DNA of 63,911 nucleotides, filler included, from Octopus bimaculoides (GCF_001194135.2; 9 parts of 9 records of this genome joined end to end with filler, not necessarily neighbours in it); one strand, 5' to 3'; counted from the first letter of the whole stretch, positions 1 through 13,479 are shown. Numbers and translations are program-made. Notes: generated by a model not told the origin, from the letters alone.

Positions 1-530
1 TATGGTATAAACACACGCAAGAAAAGGTCACAGAAAACGAGAAAGCAACCATACTCTGGGATATGCCAATACACACAGATAGAGAAATTAAGGCAAATAG
101 ACCAGATATAGTTATCAAAGATTGAAGAAAAAAAACGCTTTCTAATTGATGTATCAATACCAGCAGATGACAACGTTTCCCTAAAAGAAATGGAAAAACT
201 TTCAAAATACAAAGACCTGGAAATAGAGATAACTCGAATGTGGAATCTAAAAACAGAAACAATTCCTATCATAGTAGGTGCCTTAGGTATAATAAAAAAA
301 AATATTCAGACAAATACACAACAAAAACACCAGGGCCTACAAATATATATAACATACAGAAAATTGCACTACTGGGTACTGCACACATTCTACGCAAAAC
401 ACTTTCAATACAGTAAACATAAGAGCACCACAGCAAACCACAGCACAGACCCAAGGCGCACAGAGCTGCGCTCGGTAGTGAAGTGAAAGCACGTTATAAA
501 AATAAAACTACTGAACAATAATAGTAATAA
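1..530 (+). mobile_element. 3' end of an R4/Dong-like non-LTR retrotransposon (restriction-like endonuclease domain), disrupted
   Basis: Hand translation gives ILWDMPIHTDREIKANRPDIVIKD*, then after a frameshift RFLIDVSIPADDNVSLKEMEKLSKYKDLEIEITRMWNLKTETIPIIVGALG. This is the PD...D...K-x-x-K-Y layout of RLE LINEs. An (AAT)-rich tail follows at ~516-556. Confidence 0.8.
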
Positions 531-784
531 TAGTAAAAAAAAAAATAATAATAATATATCTTTCCAACCGAACCTGTTTTGGTTTTTCACAGATGAGAAT
601 AATTTCTGCAGAATCAGTTAGTGAACACAGAGAACAAATGTTTAGCCTGCCGTATCCCCAAAACTTTGACCGAGAGTGATAAAAAACAAATATCCAGTCA
701 TCATTGTGTTTGGAGTGATCACTAGTGATTCCATACACTATGACTACATACATCTTCCCACACTCAACAGGGCCACCTAAATAA

Positions 785-1158
785 AGTCCTTGGAGGAGAT
801 AGTGCTGCCCTAGGACAAGAGGGTGGCTGCTAGAAGACGCTATGTCTGGCAGCAGGACTCTGCACAATGCCTCACAAGCAGGAGACCCATGTCATGGCTG
901 TAAGACAATTTCTGCGACCATACTACCCCTAAAATATGGCTATCTAATTCCTCAGACTGCAACCCCCTTGACTATTATGTGTGGGCCGCAGTTAAGCGTG
1001 AGACCAACAATACACCTTGTAACACCAAAGATAAACTGAAGGCAAGGATTATAGAAGCATTCACCAACTTAAACGAGGACACCGACCAGAAGGGTTGCGG
1101 GAGATTATCAAGTTGTCTGGAACACGTGGCTGTAAACAATGGTGATTTTATTGAATAA
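785..1158 (+). mobile_element. Tc1/mariner-superfamily transposase C-terminal relic, DD37D (maT-like)
   Basis: The frame starting at 841 reads YVWQQDSAQC...IWLSNSSDCNPLDYYVWAAVKRE...GDFIE*. There are 37 residues between the QQD Asp and the PLD Asp. In-frame stops are present. Confidence 0.85.
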
Positions 1159-1206
1159 ATTAACTTTGTATTGTTTCAAGATATTTTTATGCAATTTTGG
1201 TAGTAA

Positions 1207-1219
1207 ACACGCACACACA

Positions 1220-1250
<31 letters not shown>

Positions 1251-1290
1251 TCACACACACACACTCACTCACACACACACACACACACCT
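1207..1290. repeat. (CA)n microsatellite
   Basis: Direct reading of the sequence. Confidence 0.95.
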
Positions 1291-1677
1291 ATATATTTAT
1301 ATGAGAGAGAGAAAGGAATAAGAATGCATACGTATTTGTGTGTGCGCCTATGTGTCTCCGTGTATGTGTCAAGTTGACTATATGTATAAGCCTGTATATG
1401 TAGTTGCATAAACTTTTGGGTTATGACTTGCTGGAGAGATTTAGAACGTATAGAATTTGAAATACCCATTTATTGCTTGTTTTGCCCNNNNNNNNNNNNN
1501 NNNNNNNNNNNNNNNNNNNNNNNNNNNNNNNNNNNNNNNNNNNNNNNNNNNNNNNNNNNNNNNNNNNNNNNNNNNNNNNNNNNNNNNNNNNNNNNNNNNN
1601 NNNNNNNNNNNNNNNNNNNNNNNNNNNNNNNNNNNNNNNNNNNNNNNNNNNNNNNNNNNNNNNNNNNNNNNNNNNNN

Positions 1678-1710
<33 letters not shown>

Positions 1711-3509
1711 GCTCCAGCGTAAGCACCGGTTAATGATAGAAGCTGAGAAAAGAGGAAATTTCACGTAATCTACACAGACTTACAATTAAATTATTGGACA
1801 AAGGAAACAAAGAAAGAAAGGAAATAAAAAGAACGTATGACATTGAAAGGCAACGTACATAACGTTTCATAGGAAGTGATAGACACTTAAACATTATTTC
1901 TCATATAATTATTTGGAAAGGCCCATAACTTTGCAATAATGCTATCGAGAGTTAAGTATATCAATCTAATATGAAACTATCAGTAACATCTTGATACGAA
2001 AATTGAATTAATGTTCATTCAAAACTTAATATTAATATTGGTGAAGCCCCACTAATAACAGCCAGAAGCAAACAATAAAGTACTTGAAACATATTTAAAC
2101 TAAATTTCCTGAAGCCACATATCTTCTCTAAGTGTTTCTCAACTTGTACTAATAAATCGTATTTACGCATTATTTGTTTAATAATTTTCACTGAATACTA
2201 ATAACTTGAAAAAGAAATATGAAACTGAATGTCCTTTGTATCTAAAGACATGCTTCGAATTTCATGATCAGATACATTACGACCCCAATACTTTTATTTC
2301 TGTTCTAGTACACTTAAGAAATAGAGATGTTACTAAATAATATAAGCTGCAAGTTTAACAAAAAGTGGCAAAATATATTCATACGGGCCTCAAAAGTATA
2401 CATTCATTCTTTATTTTTGTTGTATATTTCTCAAATTTTAGTATTCGAACGCGTTTTATTAAACGATAACTATATATAATAAAATGTTCCATCGTATAAA
2501 TAAGTAGTATTATTCATATAAATTTTTATCATAATCAAAATTATTATCAAGAATTATGGCTCACCACATCGAGTGGTAAGTAACGCATAGGGTATTTGAA
2601 AATGTATGTGGAACAAATTTGAATGAAATGTATATATATGTATGTATATTTATGAAAAACAAGAACGAAAATGCTACTTTCTTAAAATTGGGTACATTTT
2701 AATTTTCCTTTTATATGAATGATTTTACAGGTTTCGGATTGTGAAAGACCTTATCAAAAATATGTACTAAAATAGAAATATGGAGAGAGAAAACAGCTAT
2801 CAATAAAGTTAAATTAAAATTAAAATTAAGCACATGGTAATATCTGTTAGTTCTGGTAGCATGACAAGCTGGACGGACTGTCTCCGAAAATTGCTACAAT
2901 CTGTTTTTATAAATTAAATAGATTGTTCAAGACATGGTTTCTTAGGGGTGGCTGTAACAGTCGAATAACTAGCAGCAGTAGTAATAATAGTCGTCGTGGT
3001 GGTGTTGTTCCACCTGGGGTTGTATATAATTTCAGCAATAGACGGCGGCCATAATCCACGTGTCATTGAAAGGTTTTGCCAAGGAAACAGACCCCTTAGT
3101 ACTTACACTTTAGCATCAAGTACTTCTTTTCTCGTGTGTCTCTAGCGAACGGTTAAGGTGCCGGGGTGTATACTAACCCAAACCATTTCTCAAGAGATGA
3201 TGTAGGAACAAACGCAAAAGTAGACACAAACTCACGCGCTAACACACAATCATATGAAATTAATTAAATTGAAAGGGAACAGGTTATTATATAATGAATA
3301 CCATTAGCTTCCAGTGGTTACTAATATAAGATGCAGTACATCTTGATCTTACCGTCTGTGCATTATCTAATAGCTTCCTCAGTGCTTCTAAAATCTATCC
3401 CAAGAGCATTTACGTGAGCATTTACACGTAAGAACGAACTCGGCGTCTATGATATTAAGAAAATATACATTTTGAAGAATAAAAGCCACGTATGAAAATA
3501 TTCTTCTAT

Positions 3510-3967
3510 TCTTTTACTTCTTGCAGCCATCTGACTGCGACCATGCTGGAGCACCGCCTTAAACATTTTTAGTCGAAGAAATTGCTCCAAGAAGTTATTC
3601 TTTGTAAGCCTAGTACTTAATTTATCACCCTCTTTTACCTAACCGCTAGGTTACGGGGACGTAAATACACCAACATCTGTTGTCAAGCGATTGTAGCGGG
3701 ACAGAGACACGAACACATGCACACACATATACGAACACATGCACACACACACACACGCATACACACACATACACACACACACACACACCCACACACACCC
3801 ACACACCCACACACACATATATATATATACGATTCTTGATGATTCCGCCTACCAAATCCATTCACAAAGCGTTGGTTGGACCGGAGCTACAGTAAAACAC
3901 ACTTGCCAAAGGTTCCACACAGTGGGACTGAACTCGAAGCACGTGCCTAGAAAGCAAGTTTCTTACC
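3510..3967 (-). mobile_element. tRNA-derived SINE family A (CORE-like centre, internal microsatellite, conserved 3' half), near full length
   Basis: The reverse complement matches the family A copy at 52278-52661: head with a GGTTCAGTCCC-like B box, CCTTGGGCAAGTG-like core, (CA/TA)n insert and GCACCGCCTT/CCATGCTGGAG tail. Confidence 0.85.
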
Positions 3968-4560
3968 NNNNNNNNNNNNNNNNNNNNNNNNNNNNNNNNN
4001 NNNNNNNNNNNNNNNNNNNNNNNNNNNNNNNNNNNNNNNNNNNNNNNNNNNNNNNNNNNNNNNNNNNNNNNNNNNNNNNNNNNNNNNNNNNNNNNNNNNN
4101 NNNNNNNNNNNNNNNNNNNNNNNNNNNNNNNNNNNNNNNNNNNNNNNNNNNNNNNNNNNNNNNNNNNNNNNNNNNNNNNNNNNNNNNNNNNNNNNNNNNN
4201 NNNNNNNNNNNNNNNNNNNNNNNNNNNNNNNNNNNNNNNNNNNNNNNNNNNNNNNNNNNNNNNNNNNNNNNNNNNNNNNNNNNNNNNNNNNNNNNNNNNN
4301 NNNNNNNNNNNNNNNNNNNNNNNNNNNNNNNNNNNNNNNNNNNNNNNNNNNNNNNNNNNNNNNNNNNNNNNNNNNNNNNNNNNNNNNNNNNNNNNNNNNN
4401 NNNNNNNNNNNNNNNNNNNNNNNNNNNNNNNNNNNNNNNNNNNNNNNNNNNNNNNNNNNNNNNNNNNNNNNNNNNNNNNNNNNNNNNNNNNNNNNNNNNN
4501 NNNNNNNNNNNNNNNNNNNNNNATATATAAACATATATGTGTACATATATACGTATATAT

Positions 4561-5178
4561 ATAAAATAACTATAAAAATCGCGTTAATGTTTATTATCAG
4601 GTAGTCAGCATGGAAATAGGCAATTTATATATTAAATTCATAATTATATATATCTAATTATATTAAGGGAAACTTCGAAACATGTCTTTTCTCCTTCATA
4701 CTAAATGAATGTTTAAATATTTAGAAGCTACCGAGATAAACTCCACAAATACATGCGACTGAAAGCGGGCTAGTGAGAATATATAAAAAAAAAGAACTCC
4801 ACATTTATTGAGAATTAGCTAATTTCAAGATTAAAATCTGAACATAGATTTTTTCTCATCATCAGCGCAATATATGTAAAAATTTACAGGTATTAGTACA
4901 TAACCATAACAAAGAGAATTTTTATCTGTATACGCAAACACTTGGTAGTATAGACTCGAAAAAGCCATATTTAAATCTTCTCTGGAAGACCACATGTATT
5001 TAAATCAGAATAAGACCGCGGAAAAGGTTGAATTTTGACGAGAAGTAAAAATATAATAATATTCTATTTATTTATTTATATACATAAAATAAGGATAAAA
5101 GTCACGTTAATGATTATTATGAGGTAGTCAGCATGGAAATAAGTTATCCATATATTAAATTAACAATTATATATATAT
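4561..5178 (+). repeat. Diverged ~93-bp direct repeat (4561-4653 and 5084-5178)
   Basis: Both copies read ATAAAATAA...CGTTAATG.TTATTAT.AGGTAGTCAGCATGGAAATA.G...ATATATTAAATT...AATTATATATAT. Confidence 0.8.
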
Positions 5179-5179
5179 A

Positions 5180-5345
5180 AATGCGCAAGTGTGGCTGTGT
5201 TGTAAGTAGCTTGCTTACCAACTACATGTTCGTGGGTTCAGTCCTATTTCATGGTGCCTAGGGCAAGTGTTTTCTACTATAGCCTTGGGGCGACCAAAAC
5301 TTTGTGCGTGGATTTGGTAGGCGGAAGCTTAAAGAAGTCCGTTAT
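5180..5345 (+). mobile_element. SINE family A 5' half
   Basis: GTGGCTGTGTTGTAAGTAGCTTGCTTACC...GGGTTCAGTCC...GGGCAAGTG...GGATTTGGTAG, ending in (TA)n. Confidence 0.85.
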
Positions 5346-6458
5346 ATATATATATATATATATATATATAACATAGTTTTCAAATTATGTACTTAGGTAC
5401 TTTGTGAGAGAGACAGAATAATGGATAGATACAAGTACAAACCTTATGAAAAATAGTTCATGGCTTGCAAATTTGCAGATACTTGCAGTTAAAATCTACG
5501 ATAAAGATAACAAAGTGCACTTTTATTATTACGCTGCAAAGTGTTAGAAAAGTGAATTGTGGTATGGATATGTATATATGGAAAATATAAGATTCTCCGT
5601 AATACACATATGTGCATACAACAACGTGTTCACTGTCACACTTCAACGAATACCGTAGCTCTATCTGAATACCTCTGTGTCCAAGTTTTGTTTGTGTGTA
5701 TTTATGCTCGCCTGCTTTAGTTTGTGAGTTTATGCCAGTTAAGCATTTTAAGCATAAAACAGTTTTATGTATATTTCAAAATATCGCTACTAGATACTTG
5801 ATATACACAAACATTAACATGAAAAACGCACAAACACATCTAGTTTACCAAATATAAACTTATAAACATTAATATTAGCAAGCAAATTATGATATTCTGA
5901 TAACCTTTTATATATATTTATTTTATGAAAATCACTCGATAAGAATTGGTATCCAAGAATAGTAAGAAGGAATAATAAATATTTGCAATAAATATATAGA
6001 AATTCAACAAATTATATTTACAAGTAGCAAACAATTGAAATATCTCGTTTTTGTTCAATTCTACTTACTTTTTTCTTCCTGAAATAATATTTTTTCTAAG
6101 GTACGAAAAATTCTATTATGAAATTGTGAAAAATCAAATGTATATTATTAATTCACAGCACGTTCAAAAACATGATATAAAATGAATAGAATTTGTAAAA
6201 ACGTAGAAAAATGTACAAGCTCAGACAATAAATTGCGTTATGAATAACGATATTTAATTAAATATATACGTCGAAACGATGGTGATATTTAGCCGACAAC
6301 TGACGAACAATTGAACATCTTTCCGTTCGTTTATTGTATTTATTCATTTTGGAGTTAATGCTCTGTTTCTTCACTCTCCGTACCATTTCAATGTGTATGT
6401 ATATACATTAATATGTACAAACATATACACACATGTTTGCACGTCTATCTATTTATAT

Positions 6459-6505
<47 letters not shown>

Positions 6506-6506
6506 C

Positions 6507-6543
<37 letters not shown>

Positions 6544-6605
6544 TATATATATATAAATATATATATATAGTAGTTTTATGTCATCTACTGCTTCTCCTGC
6601 TTTCC

Positions 6606-6850
6606 CTGCCCTTCTCTAAACATCGGGCAAACGGAACGCCGCTTGGCTGACCGGTTCGCGGAACACCTCCGAAGCATCCAACTCTGCAGTAACACTCTGG
6701 TCTCGTGCCATTTCCGCTCTAATGGTCACTCTTTGCAACACCCGCCCGTGTATACAGATATGGATGTATAAACGCCCTCTCGCAAGTTGCATGTTACGTA
6801 TACACTCCCTGATACTAGCATCTGGGAACATGTAAGCATTAGCACACGTG
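6606..6850 (+). mobile_element. Penelope-like element GIY-YIG endonuclease fragment
   Basis: Translates as CPSLNIGQTERRLADRFAEHLRSIQLCSNTLVSCHFRSNGHS, matching the YIGxTxRxLxxRxxEH and HF..GH motifs. Confidence 0.8.
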
Positions 6851-6999
6851 TGGTTTAGTGCACTCACGATCACAAAGCGAGTTGAGTAGCTATTTCGTGT
6901 TTATAAGAATGGGCGGAGGTTAAACCTAAACATAACCCATCCATACCTTACAGTAAATAAAGTTAACAGTTACTCAAATTCATTCATGTGTGAAAGTAT

Positions 7000-7255
7000 A
7001 TTGATCTGCGTGTAGGCACCTTGAGAGTCTTTCAGAAATTACATTAATGATCTTCACATTGGTCCACAGAGTTCCTCGGAACAGAGTTGGCATCTCCTGT
7101 AAATAGGATGTATTTACATGCCTTTCTATGGACCACGTCATGTACTTAATTTTATCTTCTTTCACTCTCCATGTAACATCAGCCAAAGATGCTGAATGTC
7201 TCTTATTAATTCTACTGAAGCGGGCGACATGGGTGCGATAAGGAATCTTAAATGA
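7000..7255 (-). mobile_element. Penelope-like element GIY-YIG C-terminal fragment (second type)
   Basis: YRTHVARFSRINKRHSASLADVTWRVKEDKIKYMTWSI, then RRCQLCSEEL after a frameshift. This fits the H..F...R.ST.L..Y.W.LK...W.I...CxLCxxE pattern. Confidence 0.65.
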
Positions 7256-8420
7256 ATCAGCCGTCTGCTCAATGTAAACCTACAGCCTTCACTTGTGTGC
7301 ACGGTACATTTATATACTCATTTGTACTCATACAGGGTACACATGATTTGTACATTATACTGATTTGTACTCATATAGAGGTTCCTCAATGGGCATTTTG
7401 TTGAGTGTTTATCACATTTATTTGTATATATGGCATTTTCGTTTTAATTTTCCGACGTTGTTACCGTGTAATCTATAACATAAGCATTTGTACTATTACA
7501 ATTTTGCCGTAATTGTTGCTTTTTTTTGCGGCTCAAATCTCCCTTTGTTGGTATTTAAGGAGTGTGTGTGTGTGAGAGAGACAGAGACAGAGAGAGACAC
7601 ACAAGTACGCTCAAATGTTCTTTCTTCGTGGTTTAAACTTTAAATTATTTTGCATCTTTAAACGTGGACACTTCAATATTTTGGCGAAAGCCCATTCTCT
7701 CTATACTTCTTTCCTTCATCAGATCACACATTCTCACTCTCTAAACTGTAGTAATATCTGAAAGCAATGCTTGTGTACACAAAAATGTGCGATATGTATA
7801 TATATATANNNNNNNNNNNNNNNNNNNNNNNNNNNNNNNNNNNNNNNNNNNNNNNNNNNNNNNNNNNNNNNNNNNNNNNNNNNNNNNNNNNNNNNNNNNN
7901 NNNNNNNNNNNNNNNNNNNNNNNNNNNNNNNNNNNNNNNNNNNNNNNNNNNNNNNNNNNNNNNNNNNNNNNNNNNNNNNNNNNNNNNNNNNNNNNNNNNN
8001 NNNNNNNNNNNNNNNNNNNNNNNNNNNNNNNNNNNNNNNNNNNNNNNNNNNNNNNNNNNNNNNNNNNNNNNNNNNNNNNNNNNNNNNNNNNNNNNNNNNN
8101 NNNNNNNNNNNNNNNNNNNNNNNNNNNNNNNNNNNNNNNNNNNNNNNNNNNNNNNNNNNNNNNNNNNNNNNNNNNNNNNNNNNNNNNNNNNNNNNNNNNN
8201 NNATAACAAACGGTGATCGGGAACGAGGGGCTGTGTGTGGGAGGTAGAATGCTGGTGATCTTGACGTATGTAGTGTGAAAATGGGGAAGAGAGAAAGGGA
8301 GAAAGTAGTTGGTCAGTTGTAGTGTGTGCGTGGTGTGATGCGAGGGTATTGGTGTGGTGTGATGTGAGGGTGTTGGGAGGTGGGGAAGGCATGGGTGGAG
8401 TGTGGGGTAGAGGTAGGGGG

Positions 8421-8421
8421 T

Positions 8422-8485
<64 letters not shown>

Positions 8486-8573
8486 TACTGCTGCTGTTGA
8501 TGATGATGACGACGACGACGATAACAACAACACCGACGACGACGACGACGATGATAATAATAATAATAACAAC

Positions 8574-8612
<39 letters not shown>
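8421..8612. repeat. Compound trinucleotide array (CTA)n-(GAT/GAC)n-(AAC/AAT)n
   Basis: Direct reading. It explains the poly-T/D/N and poly-L ORFs. Confidence 0.95.
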
Positions 8613-8629
8613 TGTTTCTTATTCGTGCA

Positions 8630-9915
8630 TTCTTAAAAGACTAGATGCAGTCGAAGCACCTAAAAATATCTATTCATTCACAAACATTACGAGAAGCGGA
8701 AATGCTGTTCTGACAGCAGGTGGAATACAAGACGGACATGTCGCTATCAGGAGGGAATTTTTTTGAAGTATATCCTTTGCATTTTCGTGCTAGTATGTTT
8801 CTCCTTTAAATGATTATGATAATGATATGGGCTGCTTACAAACTGTACAAATGCATGTGACCAATCAATCACCTTCAAAGGTAAACTGGATTCTCTCATT
8901 CAGTCAGTACGAATTTTCTCTCAAGACATTCAGATCAAATGATATTTGGTAGAGAGAAATGCGCATTTATTGAACTGAGGAGAGAGTGAAAGGTAGACAG
9001 CTATGGAATACATTATCTAGATGAGTGGATCCGACAAGTGAACAGAGAGGGTTGCTATTATCGCGGTGTTTTCTTCTGAATATACAAGAGGAGATAAAAA
9101 TGTATGCCACCATTTATCTTCCCACATGGCCTCGCACAAGAGGAGATATACAAGAGGAGATAAAAAGTTATGTAGACCTAATATAATTTGAGGGAACTTG
9201 ATTAAAGGCATTAACATGTGAGCTGCAGGTGTGATACGTCTTATGCAGGAGTTGTGGAATGAGCAAGCAATAACTTGCCAACATGGATAGAAAAAGCTAA
9301 GTAGGTAATGGTCAAGTATGGGTGCCTTCATTCTAGAATTAACCTAGCAAGCGTTATTTACCCAGGAAGGAAGGTGGAACACAGTTTGGAATACAACATT
9401 TTGTTGTGAAGGAAATTGCATGCCTATGCGAGGAATAGCGATAAAACAATGTTGCAGGCTGCACTGAATGTGAAGTTTATCAATGAGATCCTACATGGGT
9501 ACAATATGAAGACTAAGAGACAATATCATCAATTGGAAAGAGAGAATCCTATACGGGAAATATTCCAGCAAACATCAGATGAAACCGATGAAAAAACCTG
9601 GAGTTCTTTTTTAAAGAAGAAAACAGCTTCTTGCTGCTCTTTAATGAAGTTTACGAATCAATCAATATTGCCTTTGCATAGACTATTTGGAAAATTATGT
9701 GAAACAGTCGGGAAGTATCAAGACTTAGAATTGAAGGTGAAAAGAATCAATAGAACACTACAAATGATATTGTTGTACTAATTGCAATCGATGCACCCAG
9801 GACCATTTAAAATAGTGCAATATTCTGCAATCTAAAGCCGCCAATACCAAATAACATAGAATGTATTCAGTCGGCAGCAGTACTTGAAACACATCGTGTG
9901 TTGCATCTCTAAGCT
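8630..9915 (+). mobile_element. Heavily decayed, 5'-truncated R4/Dong-like LINE (RT to RLE)
   Basis: Scattered motifs lie in the expected order: FSQDI..FGREKC (~8915-8965), GNLIKGIN (~9190), RYLPRKEGG (~9352), KYQDLELKV (~9715) and IECIQSAAVLETHRVL (~9860-9905). Confidence 0.7.
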
Positions 9916-12283
9916 GATAGATGGAGCTGACATTGACGTAAAAGCATCAGAAGGTATATGAAGAAATAATGATAATGGATATTGTCTTTATAATGTCATA
10001 ATTTACTTAATAAAATACAACAACATTTAGAAAGGGTTGTGTATATGCCGTACTCAACAACAGTGGTTTGTAGACCTAAAAGCGATTGTAGTTACAATAA
10101 TTTTATATACACTAAAATATAAGATTGTATAATGCACACAATTAATAAAACCAACCAAGATATAAGTTTTCTGGTTAGATGCCTACTCACAGGTGAGAAT
10201 TCACTAGATATCTTCTTTCTACTATGTGCTCACCTACGCACATTTGCACCGTTTTTTGGTTCCAATAAATACTTTAATATACATTCGATTTTAACGGTTA
10301 TAGAAGACTTTTGAATAGTTTATATTCATCTGACAAGTGTACGATTATATCTCTTCTATTCGACAAAATATTCCTCTAGTTAGAATTCACCATCAGCGTA
10401 AATATATAAAACTCATCATGGAAGAATTCAGCCACACGTCGCTGTAACTGGTGCGTATGTCCTGCGTCTTCACTTTCTATGCAATAGCTGTTCTAAAGAT
10501 GTACTCCTCTGGGAATGAGACTCGTTTTCAGCTATTCGCATTTCGTGCCGTATCCAACATAGTCACAATATTGATTCCATTACAACTCTTAAACTTCGCT
10601 ACCATATGGTGCCTTTAGTTGTGAAATGGAGATACACTATCTGGTCTCTGATATCAGAGAGTAAGCAAGAGTTGGCTTTAATCACTATTTCGAGAAATGG
10701 GACACGCTATCTACTCGTGAATGATGTTAACTGTTGCTGGTTCTGTATTCACTACTCTTTATTTCTTGTGCTCTTTTTAAACATTTTGAAGTTTCTCTGA
10801 TGAAAAGCGGTTAAATAAACCTTATTCCCCAAGTTGTGCAGAGAAGCCCTTTTGGCCATCGCATGCCTCCTGTCCATCTTTAGTAATTTTGGCTGAATAG
10901 AGTTTTGAATTGATGTGACATGTTCAGAGTTCGTTATGAATTCAAAGTCACGATGAACAGGGGTACCTTCTGACACCATATTTTTACTGACGCTTATTGA
11001 CCCCGTATTTTCATATATGAAAGGTACCTTGATCCTACACAAAGACAGCGATAAAAATGGGACATATCATGAACAACATAACTGCGAGTACCACGTAATA
11101 AATCCCTTGTATTTTCTGCTCCCAAAACTGGTTCACTATTATGTTGCTCGTCTCTGCCCCAATATCATGTTTTTAGATTTAAGCAATTCCTGGTCGTTGT
11201 TAGTGTTACTCATGGGGTACGTTCTGCACTGCTCAAAGCACATTCTTCTCCGACTTATCGGAAAGCATTCTTTTCAGCTGTCTTTTTGGAGGCATTTGAA
11301 CGTTCCCTTGAAATTTAGAAAACGGAGCTGAATATTTCTTTTTCTCATTGGTATAGCGAGCCATTAAGGTGATAGTGTTTCGGTGAAAAATGTTTTCCTT
11401 GAATTGCCCTCCCCTAAAGGAAAACATGTAGATTCATATACATCGTCCTGTGTATTACGGTAGAAAATATTATTTTACGAGGAGAAATAACTGCATCGTT
11501 TTTTTCCTTTGTCAAATATATCGTCTGCCAGTGCTCTTGTTAGATTTACCAACATTTATATTCGAGGTTCTCCAATTCATATTTTTGTTCGTTTTCTTAA
11601 TACACATGATCAATATTAATGTTTTAACGTGCAATTCATTTACTATTATCTTTTATTCTATTATATTCGTCAAATGTAATACAAAGGGCGTTGTCAATAT
11701 TATTTGTGTGAGGCGTGGCTTAGAACGTCCATACTGATTTCGTTTTCTATAGTCGGACATCAGAAACTCGAATGAGCATTACCTTAATAAATACTAAACC
11801 TGTTTTTAATGAGAGTCCGAAATGTTCTTTATGGCTAGATTCCAAGCTTTCCTATATGATAAATGAATGGAACATTATGAAATGTACCAAAGCAAGTTGG
11901 CTTTTGAGGGACGTATAAATAAATCACACCATAAAACGTCAGAAGTGTACATCAACAAGAACATTAAATAACAAGAGCTGCTTCAACTTGAACAACAACG
12001 AAAAACAAGAGCACCATGTAAAATAGCACCACCGGCAGCAGTAGCCACAAGAGTTGCTAACAGTAATAGAGGCAATAAAATCAAACTTTACAAATAATAA
12101 TAATGTGTTGCTTAATTTTGAACATGGGTCTCTTTCATATATTTAATAAATATTTACACAAAGGCTTGCAATGCAGGTAGTGACGCTCAACCAAAGATAC
12201 ATACATACATGCATAGACAAACAAACGCGCGATCGCACACATACGCTCACAAACACACGTACATATACACACGCAAGTTTTTA

Positions 12284-12980
12284 CAGGGTGCGGTGAATAT
12301 ATTGTAGTTTGAATTACGCAAAAATGAAAATACCACCGACATCTCATTTTAAGTGATATGTTTACCATCAGTACATAAAAGTCTCTTGAAATACTAAGGA
12401 GCAAATTCATTCGATAATATCGCTTTAGTCTTCAACCACAACATCCAGACAAGTTCGAACTCTCTTGCAGCTCTTCTGAAAGGAGTCCTTGTGAAAGTTG
12501 GTGAATGCTCCCATAATACTTGCTTACAATTCATCTTAGTTTTACAAGGAGGTTTCTGGGTCTCTCTCTAAATTGCGCCCCACATAATAATCAAGGGGAT
12601 TGCAGTCAGGGGCGTTAGGTGCCCAGATGTTACAGGGGACGTGGTCGCAGAATTTGTCTGCCAAATTTGACTGGAGTCTCCTGTTTTTGTGGCATGGTGC
12701 AGAGTCCTATTGCCTGACATAGGTTCTTCCAGCAGCCACTCTTTGAACCAGGACTGCACTACCACCCTCAGGCACTTGCTGTAGGCCTCTGCTATTACGC
12801 AAAATTGCCGTTGGGCCAAAATGATGCTATTTAAAAAAACCAATAAATAGTTTCTACATTTCATACCAAAACCATTGATCAACACTTTGACAATTTTTGA
12901 TATCTTGACATCTGAAACAGCTGGAGATACGATAGTTTGACTAAAAGCACTGCTTATTAAAAGCAAAAATAAACAGTGAA
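12284..12980 (-). mobile_element. DD37D (maT-like) transposon 3' half with a terminal inverted repeat end
   Basis: The minus strand reads YVRQ*DSAPCHKNRR...IWAPNAPDCNPLDYYVG, again with 37-residue spacing and homologous to 785-1158. It ends at TA|CAGGGTG (TA at 12282-12283). Confidence 0.85.
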
Positions 12981-13028
12981 AAAAACATATTTGCCAAATT
13001 TGAACATACGCAATTTTAACATAATAGT

Positions 13029-13061
<33 letters not shown>

Positions 13062-13437
13062 NNNNNNNNNNNNNNNNNNNNNNNNNNNNNNNNNNNNNNN
13101 NNNNNNNNNNNNNNNNNNNNNNNNNNNNNNNNNNNNNNNNNNNNNNNNNNNNNNNNNNNNNNNNNNNNNNNNNNNNNNNNNNNNNNNNNNNNNNNNNNNN
13201 NNNNNNNNNNNNNNNNNNNNNNNNNNNNNNNNNNNNNNNNNNNNNNNNNNNNNNNNNNNNNNNNNNNNNNNNNNNNNNNNNNNNNNNNNNNNNNNNNNNA
13301 TCTTGACATGAAAGTAGCATGAAACGTGCGTACTGCAATCACTTTTGAAATCCGTGTTGCTTATTGTTTGATTTTAATCACCCATCCTTTTGGGATGTGA
13401 TATTCGGGTGCCTTCGCATAAGTACCATATTCAAGCC

Positions 13438-13479
<42 letters not shown>

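Noticed and set aside
2700-2790. Possible splice acceptor and short exon (VSDCERPYQK)
   Set aside because: There is no convincing donor or partner exon, and such motifs are common in AT-rich DNA.
7724-8766. ORFs with poly-T/D/N, poly-L and poly-V tracts
   Set aside because: They are produced by trinucleotide microsatellites and an N gap.
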